From a virus (Duplodnaviria > Caudoviricetes), in IMG/VR virus record IMGVR_UViG_3300033148_005005, positions 1-50,873 of that record: a stretch of DNA of 50,873 nt. The stretch is one strand, 5' to 3'. Below, piece by piece: positions 27,225-36,368 of the stretch. The position numbers and the translations under genes are program-made. Every line of letters starts with the position of its first letter. The stretch's first letter is position 1. Below the pieces are notes generated by a model that did not search any database, was not told the origin of the DNA, and saw only the letters and a list, made by a program, of their open reading frames with translations.

Positions 27225-29522
27225 ATGACAACCTCATTTGATTCACGACTTGGCACTGCACCAGAAGAAGGGATAAAAGCCCCTTGTGTTGTAGCGACTA
27301 TTGCAGACATTACTTTATCTGGTGAACAAACAATAGACTCCGTTGCTGTTGTTACTGGTAATCGTGTTCTTGTTAAAAGCCAAACCGACACAACAGAAAA
27401 TGGAATATATGATGTAGGTGTTGGTGCATGGGAAAGATCAACAGACTTTAATGGATCAGGTGATTTAACAGCTGGTCAAATGGTTGTTGATTCAAATGTT
27501 GATGCTGCTCTTGATTCTATTTACAAAATATTATTTACTGGTGAATACTCACCAGGCACAACGGTTGTCACATTCGAGCTGCTTGATTTTGGTGGTGGTT
27601 TAGCTGCGGTATGGGGCGGGGTAACTGGTACTCTAGCAGATCAAACAGACTTACAGGTTGCTTTAGATGCTAAGACAGCAACCGGCCACACTCATACTGA
27701 AAGTGATATAACAGACTTAGGAGATTATGAACTTGCTGACAGCACAATATTAAAAGATGCTGACATTGGTGTTAATGTCCAGTCTTATGATGCAAACACA
27801 GTTATAGACGCTTCATATGTTCACACTGATAATAATTACACTACTGCTGAGAAAAATAAACTAACTGGCATTGAGGCGTCAGCAGATGTAACTGACGCGA
27901 CGAATGTTAATGCTGCTGGCGCGGTAATGAATACAGATGCCTCCACGGTGTCAATGTCATTTGTTATCGACGAAGATACGATGGTGTCAAATTCAGACAC
28001 CGAAGTTCCAACACAACAATCAGTTAAAGCTTACGTCGATGGTCGTGTCGCTTCTTCTGTTAATTACGCTGGTGCTTATAACGCCTCTACCAACACGCCT
28101 GATCTCGACACCTCGCCTTCAGGTATATCTATCGGGGATATGTATACAGTTAGCGCGGCTGGTGTTTTCTTTGCAGCCAATGTTGAGATCGGTGATGCTT
28201 TAATTTCTGAACAAGATAATCCAACACTAGAGTCACACTGGACGATTGTTCAAAAAAATCTTGATGCATCAGGCATTAAAGCAGCTTATGAATCTAACAG
28301 TGATACTAACGCGTTGACTAATGCATTACTAAGCAAACTAAATGCAATAGAAGCATCAGCAACTCAAGATCAGACTGCTGGTGAGATAGAAGCTATTGTT
28401 AACCATGATAATTTAGTAGGGTTTGTACTGGGCGAACATTTCTTAATGTCAGCTATCTCTATTACTGAGAGTCAGATAAGTGATTTAGGTTCTTATTCTT
28501 TAACCTCTCACAACCATTCTTTGGACGGTCTCAGTAACACTACTATCACTACCAACTCTGTCGGTGAAATTCTTAAGTGGAATGGTTCGGCTTGGATTAA
28601 TAATACATTAGCGGAAGCAGGTATAAGTGCTGTTGGTCATACACATACATTTGCATCTCTTACTTCTAAGCCAACGACTATCGCAGGTTATGGTATAACT
28701 AACGCAGCACTAGATACGCATGTTCATGATACTGGTACATATACTAAAGCTCAAGGCAATATAACAGGTGGCGGTGTTGTTTCTTTAGGTTACGCTAGAA
28801 TCCATTGGAGTTCGTCTTTTGTTGCATTTGGTTCTGTTAGTAGCTCTACCTTCTCTACAGCAAATGATGGAACTATGTTCATAGACTGTCCAACGTCTGG
28901 TGATATCCTTGGATATGATGGCGTATCAGTTAAAGACATAGCTACATCGAACGGTATAAATCTAGCTGTAGGGGAATCTTTATGGTACATACTACCAACA
29001 AATACATCTGGCGCATCAATTCAAGCTAACTTTAGGATAGTAGGAAATACCGCGTCTGAGGAGCAGATACCTGACGAGTGGATCTTTTTAGCATCCCGCC
29101 CTCTAGGATCAACCGATGAATTGTACATGGTTACTAGGGGTAGGTTACAAATGGATCTGGGGGTTACGTATTATAAATACCACGATCCTTATCTTGTAAA
29201 ACCTTCAGTAAAAGATGTTTTCACGGGAAACGCTGGATCAACAACGTCAGGTGCATGGTGTACCAAGGTTACGTTGACCTTAGTAAATGTTACAAATGTT
29301 GAGCAAGTTTCTGTATCTGTTGCAACATCTGCATCAACAACAAGAACAGACAGCCCTTTGTGGTTTTGGCATGACGTTGATACAGGCAAGGAAAACTCTT
29401 GTAGCGGAACAAGACCAAACACTATATCAGTAACACCAGCAGGAACAATAAGTTTTTATATCTACAATAATAATGCCTCTACAGCCACCTTATACTATAC
29501 TGTTGTCGTTCAAGGAACTTAA
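27225..29522 (+). CDS. Tail fibre protein
   Basis: N-terminal ITLSGEQTID...RVLVKSQT..TENGIY; HTH/HxH fibre motifs; repeats TESDITDLGDY/TESQISDLGSY and KL..IEASA. Confidence 0.85.
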   Translation: MTTSFDSRLGTAPEEGIKAPCVVATIADITLSGEQTIDSVAVVTGNRVLVKSQTDTTENGIYDVGVGAWERSTDFNGSGDLTAGQMVVDSNVDAALDSIYKILFTGEYSPGTTVVTFELLDFGGGLAAVWGGVTGTLADQTDLQVALDAKTATGHTHTESDITDLGDYELADSTILKDADIGVNVQSYDANTVIDASYVHTDNNYTTAEKNKLTGIEASADVTDATNVNAAGAVMNTDASTVSMSFVIDEDTMVSNSDTEVPTQQSVKAYVDGRVASSVNYAGAYNASTNTPDLDTSPSGISIGDMYTVSAAGVFFAANVEIGDALISEQDNPTLESHWTIVQKNLDASGIKAAYESNSDTNALTNALLSKLNAIEASATQDQTAGEIEAIVNHDNLVGFVLGEHFLMSAISITESQISDLGSYSLTSHNHSLDGLSNTTITTNSVGEILKWNGSAWINNTLAEAGISAVGHTHTFASLTSKPTTIAGYGITNAALDTHVHDTGTYTKAQGNITGGGVVSLGYARIHWSSSFVAFGSVSSSTFSTANDGTMFIDCPTSGDILGYDGVSVKDIATSNGINLAVGESLWYILPTNTSGASIQANFRIVGNTASEEQIPDEWIFLASRPLGSTDELYMVTRGRLQMDLGVTYYKYHDPYLVKPSVKDVFTGNAGSTTSGAWCTKVTLTLVNVTNVEQVSVSVATSASTTRTDSPLWFWHDVDTGKENSCSGTRPNTISVTPAGTISFYIYNNNASTATLYYTVVVQGT

Positions 29523-29533
29523 AGGAAAACACT

Positions 29534-30025
29534 GTGAGTAAATATATTCAAAAGCCTTTATCTGCTGGCAGCAAAACAAACAATCCAAAGTTAGTTGTTG
29601 TTCACGCAATGGCTGAATACTTAGAAACAAAAAACGGCTTACGCCATGCTTCCGATTTTCTTGAAGATATTGGTTTATCAGCTCATGCATTGGTTTCACC
29701 TAATGGTGATATCATGATTTGCAGAGATGAAGAGCAAGGCGCTTATCATGCGAGAGGGTTTAATAAAGATTCTCTCGGCATAGAGTTTCTTGTTCATGGC
29801 GCACATACTTACGAGTCGTTTCTAAAGACAATCAAAACAGATTATGTTACAAAAGAACAATACGATTCAGCTGCTGAATTAGTTAACTCATGGTTGGATA
29901 TGTTTTCGATAAACAAAATAGTCGGTCATAGCGATATAAGCCCTGAAAGAAAAGTTGATCCAGGCGAGGGCTTTAACTGGGAATTATTTTTAGATAAAAT
30001 AAAAACAAATGAAGAGTTAACATAG
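29534..30025 (+). CDS. Endolysin, N-acetylmuramoyl-L-alanine amidase (Amidase_2 type)
   Basis: VVVH, SAHALV, AYHA, N..SLGIE and GHSDISPERKVDPG zinc-amidase motifs. Confidence 0.92.
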   Translation: MSKYIQKPLSAGSKTNNPKLVVVHAMAEYLETKNGLRHASDFLEDIGLSAHALVSPNGDIMICRDEEQGAYHARGFNKDSLGIEFLVHGAHTYESFLKTIKTDYVTKEQYDSAAELVNSWLDMFSINKIVGHSDISPERKVDPGEGFNWELFLDKIKTNEELT

Positions 30026-30072
30026 TGTTAATTCTAATACAAACAAATCAAAATAATTTTATAGGGGGCTTT

Positions 30073-30402
30073 ATGGCAGGCGACGTACCAACACCAGATC
30101 AAGCTGAACAGGCTTTGTTTTTTATCAAATGGTGGAAAGAGTTTTTTATAGGCTTAGCTGCTATTTTAGGTATAACAGCCACGATTAAAAAAGGTCAAAA
30201 AATTCCTGCTCTTATTCCTGTTCTTGTTCCTATTACTGAAAAGGAATTAACTAATAGAATGGATCTATGTAGGCACGAACTGAAAGATGAAATGCATGAT
30301 GATTTCAGAACAATAATGCATGAGCTTAAAGTGGAACTGAAAGAAGACCAGGATCAGATGTTTGAGAAAATAGAGTTACTGATAAAGGTAGCTAAGTTAT
30401 GA
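30073..30402 (+). CDS. Single-TM lysis-cassette protein (holin/antiholin-like)
   Basis: One hydrophobic segment plus a charged coiled coil; ATG 30073 follows a GGGGG SD. Confidence 0.5.
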   Translation: MAGDVPTPDQAEQALFFIKWWKEFFIGLAAILGITATIKKGQKIPALIPVLVPITEKELTNRMDLCRHELKDEMHDDFRTIMHELKVELKEDQDQMFEKIELLIKVAKL

Positions 30403-30752
30403 ACGAATACATGGAAATCCTTAACCGGTTTCTTACACCGGAACAACAGACAGCGTTGGTTATTATTACTGTCAGCGTCATGATCCTCACACAAGCTTTT
30501 AAAAATATTTACTTTGGCTTGTTTCCTGTTTCTGGAAGGGCGCGTAAGAAGGCTATACTGTGGCTTGCTGCTTTGATGTTTGGTGCTACTGGCGGCGTTA
30601 TTGGTTATCTTGCTGGAATACCACAACAACCATTATGGTTCTGGATATTCTGTGGCGTATCATCTGGTGGTTTCGCCATTGGTTTATTTAAACTGCTTAT
30701 TGGTATTATCTGGCCCAAGTTACAGGGCATGATAAGTAAACAAAATGCCTAG
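30399..30752 (+). CDS. Putative holin (3 TM segments)
   Basis: Three hydrophobic stretches; between endolysin and spanins. Confidence 0.7.
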   Translation: MNEYMEILNRFLTPEQQTALVIITVSVMILTQAFKNIYFGLFPVSGRARKKAILWLAALMFGATGGVIGYLAGIPQQPLWFWIFCGVSSGGFAIGLFKLLIGIIWPKLQGMISKQNA

Positions 30753-31032
30753 GCTTATTCTAATATCATTATTGATTGCTGCGTTGCTTTACAGCTATTT
30801 GTTTACCTATCAAAAAGGAATGCAGAATCAGGCCGGTATCGAAGCCCAGGCACGTCAGGATCTAATCAATAAACAAGCTGACCAAGTTAAGGTCATTCAT
30901 AAAGAAAAAGTAAAAATTGAGGTGAGATATCGTGATCGAATTAAAACAATTTACCAACTTGAAGATCCTACTGGTTGTCTTGATGCTACCCTTGGTGATA
31001 TCGGGGTGCTGTCCACCACCTCAGAAAATTAA
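30745..31032 (+). CDS. Rz-like inner-membrane spanin
   Basis: N-terminal TM, coiled coil, C-terminal Cys. Confidence 0.75.
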   Translation: MPRLILISLLIAALLYSYLFTYQKGMQNQAGIEAQARQDLINKQADQVKVIHKEKVKIEVRYRDRIKTIYQLEDPTGCLDATLGDIGVLSTTSEN

Positions 31033-31177
31033 ACCTGATTCATCATTATTAATTCCAGCTGAAAAGAATACCCTGACTGCTGATAACACAGTCAGGGATC
31101 TTGTTATTGAAAATGAATTTCGTGGTAAAGAAATTGATAAGGTTAATCTAAATCTTGAAGTTATTGGATTAGAGTAA
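30932..31177 (+). CDS. Rz1-like outer-membrane lipoprotein spanin (overlapped type)
   Basis: Lipobox VISGC followed by a Pro-rich segment; overlaps the Rz 3' end in another frame. Confidence 0.75.
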   Translation: MIELKQFTNLKILLVVLMLPLVISGCCPPPQKIKPDSSLLIPAEKNTLTADNTVRDLVIENEFRGKEIDKVNLNLEVIGLE

Positions 31178-31179
31178 TC

Positions 31180-31659
31180 TTACATTCTTGTGCAGTTTTC
31201 ATAGCTCCTGTTCTGCGGTTTCTCATTCGTGATATCAAATGATTCTTTTGCACGAAAGAAAATATGATTAATCATCTCGCGTCTAAGCGTCTCAACAACA
31301 AGGCGCTCAGAGTGCTTATGAGCATTACTAGAAACAATGAGACTTGGTTTTACTAAATAAGCACCAAGCACGTCAGCTCTTCCTGATGCTCTATTAATAT
31401 CTTTCTGATTTGCCGTCATAATAATCATTAGTTTATTTGAATCAGGAGAGAAACCTGCACACTCTGACATCAGAATATAATGATCATCAATTTCTTCTGA
31501 ACTGAACTGCCTACCTGATTTATCCATTCTAACTTTGATGCCTAGCTCTGTGATGAAGCTGTAATCAAAACCAAAACCATGATTATTGTTTTCAGATGTT
31601 TCGCATGATTGTAAAAGTAACGCCGTTAATATTAATAATAAGTATTTCATTTTATTCAT
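31180..31659 (-). CDS. Lipoprotein of unknown function
   Basis: Signal peptide with lipobox LLQSC; convergent with the lysis operon. Confidence 0.7.
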   Translation of the reverse strand: MNKMKYLLLILTALLLQSCETSENNNHGFGFDYSFITELGIKVRMDKSGRQFSSEEIDDHYILMSECAGFSPDSNKLMIIMTANQKDINRASGRADVLGAYLVKPSLIVSSNAHKHSERLVVETLRREMINHIFFRAKESFDITNEKPQNRSYENCTRM

Positions 31660-31724
31660 CCTATTTTATTGATTAATGTTACAAACTCTAACGCTATCGA
31701 AGTAATCTGGTAGCGCGTTTTTAT

Positions 31725-31997
31725 TTAGCTATTTTCTAATTCGTCCTCAAAATTCCAGATAGCATCATCCAAGCTATCCATTAAATCCATAGTGTCGAAA
31801 TGATTGCGTAAATTTTTAGCTGTCAACTCACCAGTAAAGCCACTACCATGAATAAACACTCTTTTATAAGCATCGTCAACTCTAATAAATAATTGCATTG
31901 CTTTTTTAATCTTTTTGTTAGACTCTTCCTGCAATAGCTTTTCGAACTCACTCGAAACATCGTCTTCATCACTCACAATCTCTCTCCTATCTCTCAC
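31725..31997 (-). CDS. Hypothetical protein
   Basis: ORF track; co-oriented with the leftward operon; start uncertain. Confidence 0.55.
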   Translation of the reverse strand: MRDRREIVSDEDDVSSEFEKLLQEESNKKIKKAMQLFIRVDDAYKRVFIHGSGFTGELTAKNLRNHFDTMDLMDSLDDAIWNFEDELENS

Positions 31998-32019
31998 TTT
32001 GGGAATAGCGCGGGTTTAA

Positions 32020-32280
32020 TTATCCGCCACCAGTTATTCGACCACATTCTAGGCAATAATCAGTAATACCTTTACTGTGTTCACACTCATACACTAGCTT
32101 TATTTCATCGCCTGTGACTGTATCGAGGTACGCGATATTCACTTCAAGCCCATGTTCGTCTTTAGTACCATCTTTAACACCATCACATTTATGGCCCTGC
32201 CTTTGCGCTCTTTCAAACAACCATTCCTCTAGTTCTTCGCTATTCTTAATAATCACTTCACTCTCCCATTCTTTATTCAA
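32020..32280 (-). CDS. Hypothetical protein with a C-terminal Cys/His cluster
   Basis: CEH...YCLECG. Confidence 0.55.
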   Translation of the reverse strand: MNKEWESEVIIKNSEELEEWLFERAQRQGHKCDGVKDGTKDEHGLEVNIAYLDTVTGDEIKLVYECEHSKGITDYCLECGRITGGG

Positions 32281-32287
32281 TCAGGGG

Positions 32288-32620
32288 TTAAGAAAATGTA
32301 TCTCGACCATCTTTATTCACAGGAGAGCCGCGTTTCTTGCCATCGAATAAATTAATCTTCTCACTCTCTCCCGTCTGTGGTGGTAGGGCGCAGTCAGGAC
32401 ATTTTACTCTAGGTGAATCATTGTGTGCTTCTATAGAACCCCATCCTCCACAGGTATTACAAGATGAGATTAAGTCTTTGGTAGCCTCGTAATGCTTGAT
32501 TATCACATGTAGCAAATCAAAATCGCGGTTAGTAAGAAGGTTGTCTCCTGTTTTCCACATCGCACCTAAAAGATTCGTTAAAGCGCCAACATCTTCACTC
32601 GTTATCGTTATATCACTCAT
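32288..32620 (-). CDS. Hypothetical protein with a DnaJ-like zinc finger fragment
   Basis: CNTCGGWG...CPDC; start probably ATG 32620 because the upstream extension lies in an RNA hairpin. Confidence 0.55.
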   Translation of the reverse strand: MSDITITSEDVGALTNLLGAMWKTGDNLLTNRDFDLLHVIIKHYEATKDLISSCNTCGGWGSIEAHNDSPRVKCPDCALPPQTGESEKINLFDGKKRGSPVNKDGRDTFS

Positions 32621-32711
32621 ATCTAATCCAGTAATTAGGTGGCGCGTCACCATGAGATTCTGCAACACAAGTTAGTTTAGTGTTACCACAGCAACGCACC
32701 ATAACTCGGTT

Positions 32712-33569
32712 TTAAATAATATCTTTTTCGTCTTCTTTAACAACCACGCCATCGATAACGTCGTCATCGTCATCAAGAATAGCCGATGTTGCCCTTGTTT
32801 TTTTATCAGGTGATGCGGGGGCTTTTTCTACTTCTGCTACTGGTTGCTGCTGATTGACATTGGATTTAATATCAAACTGCTCATCACTTGCAGCAAGTAC
32901 AGAATCAAGATCAGCACTTGAAGGAAGACGATTACACAATCGACGAAGGACGGTTTTAATTGCCATTTCGTCATACCATGTTTTCCAGATACCTTTCGGA
33001 TTTCCGTTGTCATCTGATCCTGATTTACTGACTTTTCTAACCTGTTCAATTTTGGCTTTTGACATAACCTGAAGCTGGATAGATCCGTCTTTTAGTTTAG
33101 CGACAGCATAAGCTAAACGAAAATCACCAGGATCATCAATGTTTGGTTTGTGTTTTATTGAAGGTTCAAGACCAAGCTCATATTCAAAGTCATCCTTAGT
33201 GTAAACAGCATAAGCATTGATGCTTCCAATTTCACCACTGTTGCGCGCTTTCTTTAAAAGCCCATTAACCATTGGCATGTATTGGACTTTCTTAATCCAC
33301 TTGTTACCGACCTTGCTATTAAACATGACCAGTGCTGATTCACGATCATCAATAACAAGACCATCAGTAGCCGCTCTTTGACAAGCCATGAATAATGACT
33401 TGCGATCAACAGTGTCGCCAGCAAGATCAGGATTGTTTTGAATGGCAGCTGATGCTGTTCTGATAAATTTATCCACATTAATATGTGGCGGTAGAACCTG
33501 CGCTAGTTGTGGCTTCATTTGGTCTAAGCCAGTGATCAGTGTTTTCATTGGTGATAGTTGTTGTGACAT
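32712..33569 (-). CDS. recT: RecT-family single-strand annealing protein
   Basis: LPPHI..DKFIR, QYMPMVNGLLKKARNSG, VY.KDDFEYELG, W..WYDEMAIKTVLRRL. Confidence 0.92.
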   Translation of the reverse strand: MSQQLSPMKTLITGLDQMKPQLAQVLPPHINVDKFIRTASAAIQNNPDLAGDTVDRKSLFMACQRAATDGLVIDDRESALVMFNSKVGNKWIKKVQYMPMVNGLLKKARNSGEIGSINAYAVYTKDDFEYELGLEPSIKHKPNIDDPGDFRLAYAVAKLKDGSIQLQVMSKAKIEQVRKVSKSGSDDNGNPKGIWKTWYDEMAIKTVLRRLCNRLPSSADLDSVLAASDEQFDIKSNVNQQQPVAEVEKAPASPDKKTRATSAILDDDDDVIDGVVVKEDEKDII

Positions 33570-33586
33570 TTTATTCTCCGGTTTAT

Positions 33587-34591
33587 TTATTGTTTATTTA
33601 CATACGAGTTAACAAGGTTTATTTCAACAAGGCTCGTGATACCAGCTTCTTCCATAACTTCTTTAAGTTTATTTACTATTTGTTCTGGTTTCACATTCGG
33701 TAGCGCCATCACTTCAAATCTTGCCTGGATAACGTGCAGTGTTTTACCTTCAGGTGGTTGTTGTGTTATGGCTGGCTCTTTATTCTCATCAACTTCATTC
33801 ATCATATCAGCAATTGCTTCAGGTACAATGTCTGGATTAGCAGCTGGATTAGTTGTCACTGGCGTTTCTTTTTTAACTTCAGCCCTTGTTTTTTCTTCAG
33901 CAACTTCTTGACGATTAACTTCTGACTTAAGCAGTGACTCTAAATTTTTATCATAGACCTCATCATCTGCCATTAAGAATGCTGCAATATGGATTCTTTC
34001 AAGCGGCGCTTTTAATCCAGCTTTGTAACTTGCGTTCTCAAGTTTTAATAATCGAGTAGCCACCATATTCTGAGTATTGATATTTTCCATCACACGCATA
34101 TCAATTGCTGATGTTGCTTTTCCTGCTAATTTTCCGGTTGCTGTTCTGTTGCCAAGAATAACAAGATCATCAATGGTTGACGTTCTGTATTCGCTTTCAA
34201 CCTGACTTGCGTCATACTTTTCATGAAGGTAATTAAGCAGCATGATTTTAATATCTGCTTTTGTTTTATCTTCAAACACCTTGATTTGTTTGGTTAGTTT
34301 TTCACGACCATCTTGGCACAGCGTAACTAACGATTTTATTTTTTCATCGAAAGCTTTTATAGGTACTGATATCAACGCTACTTCTTCTTTTCGTTTGGCG
34401 TTAATATTGTTAGCTATGGCGTTTAATTCTGTTGATAATTTCTTGCAGTCTTTAAGCGTGTCTTCAGTAACAACAACGTCATACTTCTTAAGCTCTGACT
34501 TAAGGTGTTTTTCAACCACATCAAAATTTGCTGTTAGTACAAGTGGCTTTGATGTAACTACTAATTCTTTATTTTCCGTGTCTTTTTTCAT
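33587..34591 (-). CDS. DUF1351-like coiled-coil protein
   Basis: NF.......LKKY.VVVTED.LKDCKKL..ELN...PIKAF pattern; between exonuclease and recT. Confidence 0.7.
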   Translation of the reverse strand: MKKDTENKELVVTSKPLVLTANFDVVEKHLKSELKKYDVVVTEDTLKDCKKLSTELNAIANNINAKRKEEVALISVPIKAFDEKIKSLVTLCQDGREKLTKQIKVFEDKTKADIKIMLLNYLHEKYDASQVESEYRTSTIDDLVILGNRTATGKLAGKATSAIDMRVMENINTQNMVATRLLKLENASYKAGLKAPLERIHIAAFLMADDEVYDKNLESLLKSEVNRQEVAEEKTRAEVKKETPVTTNPAANPDIVPEAIADMMNEVDENKEPAITQQPPEGKTLHVIQARFEVMALPNVKPEQIVNKLKEVMEEAGITSLVEINLVNSYVNKQ

Positions 34592-35664
34592 AATACAAAA
34601 TCCTCTTCTTTAATTTCTGTTGTTGGTTGCGCTACTGGTAATGCTTCAGTTTCTTTTTCCGGTTTCTTTTTAAACGCTCTGAAGTAACGATAAGATTCTT
34701 TGCCGCCAATCTCAGTACCAACCATCTCTGTTGTGATCAGCGTTGGTGCTGATGGTTTTGTCATCATGCAGGAAACAGTAATGTCACCACACGTTAGTTT
34801 CTTTGCGTTGCCTTTTACTTCTTGTAAAATCCTAGCTTTAACAGCTGTCCTTAAATCAGTAACATCTTTATATTGCATCGACAGATCGTAATACTGTTCA
34901 ACCAATGGTTTGATAACATCGTCATCACTGACATCAACGACCCACTGATTAGCGTCACCGTATAAACGAATAATAAAATCAGCATCCGTTTCAAAGTCTG
35001 GTTCTGGTGGGTTGTTTTCAGTGATTGATAACCAGAATGAAGTTATCTTTTTACGCATGGCAGCGCCAACTTTTTTGTTACGATAGCGAATAATATATTT
35101 CATATCATTGCCTGATATCAGTGGCGCAATAATTCCCCATGATCTATTTTTAACTTCAAGCTGCAATTGCAACTGAGCCTCAATATGTGGTGGGGCTTCG
35201 TCTTCTTCCCAAGTGTCACGATAAACGAGAAAATCAACATTTTTAATTTCAAGAATACCTGGGCCATTTTTTAAATATTCTCGTTGAGCATCGGTTCTTG
35301 CTTCTTCAGGTGTGCAGCATAATTTTTTACCATCTTCATCAACAATACCAACAATTTCATAATCAAATGAAGCAGCCATTCCTTTGCAGGAATCATGACG
35401 GCAATATGTTTTTAATCTCCTTACTTTTAATCCGAGATCTTCACCAATGCCTTGAGCGATTGAATCTTCTAATCGTTTACCCCATGTCATGCGATTGTTT
35501 TCATCCAGCCGGATAATTTCACCTTTCTTTTTTTCGTGCCACACCTGATAAGGTGTTGAGTAAGGTGAGATATTAAACAGTGCTGATATTTCTGTACTGC
35601 TAATGTCTTCAGTTTTTAATTGAAGCCAGTGTTCTTCTGATTCAGGGTTGATAATTATTGGCAT
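34588..35664 (-). CDS. YqaJ/lambda-exonuclease-like recombination nuclease
   Basis: WL..K...ISSTEISAL..ISPY.TP..VW.EK, WG.RLE, ASFD, ILEIK, Q.Q.QL. Confidence 0.9.
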   Translation of the reverse strand: MPIIINPESEEHWLQLKTEDISSTEISALFNISPYSTPYQVWHEKKKGEIIRLDENNRMTWGKRLEDSIAQGIGEDLGLKVRRLKTYCRHDSCKGMAASFDYEIVGIVDEDGKKLCCTPEEARTDAQREYLKNGPGILEIKNVDFLVYRDTWEEDEAPPHIEAQLQLQLEVKNRSWGIIAPLISGNDMKYIIRYRNKKVGAAMRKKITSFWLSITENNPPEPDFETDADFIIRLYGDANQWVVDVSDDDVIKPLVEQYYDLSMQYKDVTDLRTAVKARILQEVKGNAKKLTCGDITVSCMMTKPSAPTLITTEMVGTEIGGKESYRYFRAFKKKPEKETEALPVAQPTTEIKEEDFVL

Positions 35665-35841
35665 TTACTTTTCCTCTTTAAATCGGATATCAATATCAGG
35701 AACAATATACCCGCTCTCTCTGTCATGCCTGTATGATGCCAATATCCGTTCGATATTATTTTTTTTGTTATCGTCCAATGCATCCAGAATAACTTTTACA
35801 GCATTGCCAAGTTCTTCTGTTTTACCGCTCTCTAATTCCAT
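35665..35841 (-). CDS. Small hypothetical protein (MELESGK...)
   Basis: SD ggag upstream of ATG 35841; the longer ORF call runs into the tRNA-like RNA. Confidence 0.6.
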   Translation of the reverse strand: MELESGKTEELGNAVKVILDALDDNKKNNIERILASYRHDRESGYIVPDIDIRFKEEK

Positions 35842-35861
35842 AATTTTCTCCGTTGTTAAAT

Positions 35862-36009
35862 TGGTGGTCATGGCAGGACTCGAACCTGCACTTGAATTCA
35901 AAAGGTCTTATGGATTGGTTACCGCCTTCATAGTTTCAAGATATCGGTTGGTAAACCAACCTCATGCGTTTGCCAATGATGGTACTCTCATCAATTCCGC
36001 CACCTGACC
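35862..36009 (-). ncRNA. tRNA-Leu-like RNA with encoded CCA, D-loop hairpin insertion, non-canonical anticodon arm and enlarged variable arm
   Basis: Acceptor GGTCAGG/CATGACC+A+CCA; T-arm GCAGG-TTCGAGT-CCTGC; D-arm GCG-GAAT...TGGCAAA-CGC. Confidence 0.8.
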
Positions 36010-36019
36010 AATGTGTATA

Positions 36020-36048
36020 TTTATACAGGTGTGTTGAGAAAATGTCAA
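36020..36048 (-). promoter_or_regulatory. Leftward sigma70 promoter for the tRNA-like RNA and recombination operon
   Basis: TTGACA-N17-TATAAA; -10 box ends 10 nt before the RNA 5' end. Confidence 0.75.
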
Positions 36049-36062
36049 ATATAGTTTATCAT
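36034..36062 (+). promoter_or_regulatory. Rightward sigma70 promoter for the cro-like/ssb/helicase operon
   Basis: TTGAGA-N17-TATCAT, overlapping the divergent promoter. Confidence 0.65.
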
Positions 36063-36080
36063 TGGTTCTCGAATTAGGAG

Positions 36081-36368
36081 GTGAACGTGGAAAACGATAA
36101 AGACACATGCCCTGAATGCGGCTCAGATCTCACTGAGATCAATCGTGACGGGGTTTCGCCAGCAAAGATGGTAATTGATGCATTCGGTGACATTAAGAAG
36201 CTATCTGAAGCCACTGGCATTGATAAGACAGCAATATATCGCTGGACTTACCCGAAAGATAAGCATGGCAGCAATGGCAGAATCCCGTCAAGCCAGCAAT
36301 CTAAAATACTAAAGGCAGCAAAAAGCCTTGGCATTAAACTGAAACCAGAACAATTGGTGGATGTATGA
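36081..36368 (+). CDS. Cro-like HTH regulator with an N-terminal CPECG knuckle
   Basis: SD aggagg; IDAFG..KKLSEATGI.KTAIYRW...GRIP. Confidence 0.75.
   Translation: MNVENDKDTCPECGSDLTEINRDGVSPAKMVIDAFGDIKKLSEATGIDKTAIYRWTYPKDKHGSNGRIPSSQQSKILKAAKSLGIKLKPEQLVDV

Noticed and set aside
27225-29522. Diversity-generating retroelement targeting the tail fibre, as in BPP-1
   Set aside because: No reverse transcriptase ORF, and I noticed no TR/VR near-duplicate differing at adenines
31262-31295. Degenerate zincin motif (REMINH) in the lipoprotein
   Set aside because: The first His is missing and the spacing does not match HExxH
35648-36007. 119-aa plus-strand ORF and the 5' extension of ORF 35665..35901
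   Set aside because: Both overlap the tRNA-like RNA and lack an SD; the real small ORF has an SD before ATG 35841
35862-36009. Canonical tRNA, tmRNA or intron-containing tRNA
   Set aside because: It has no 7-nt anticodon loop; it is too short for tmRNA and has a D-stem; the inserts are far too small for group I/II introns
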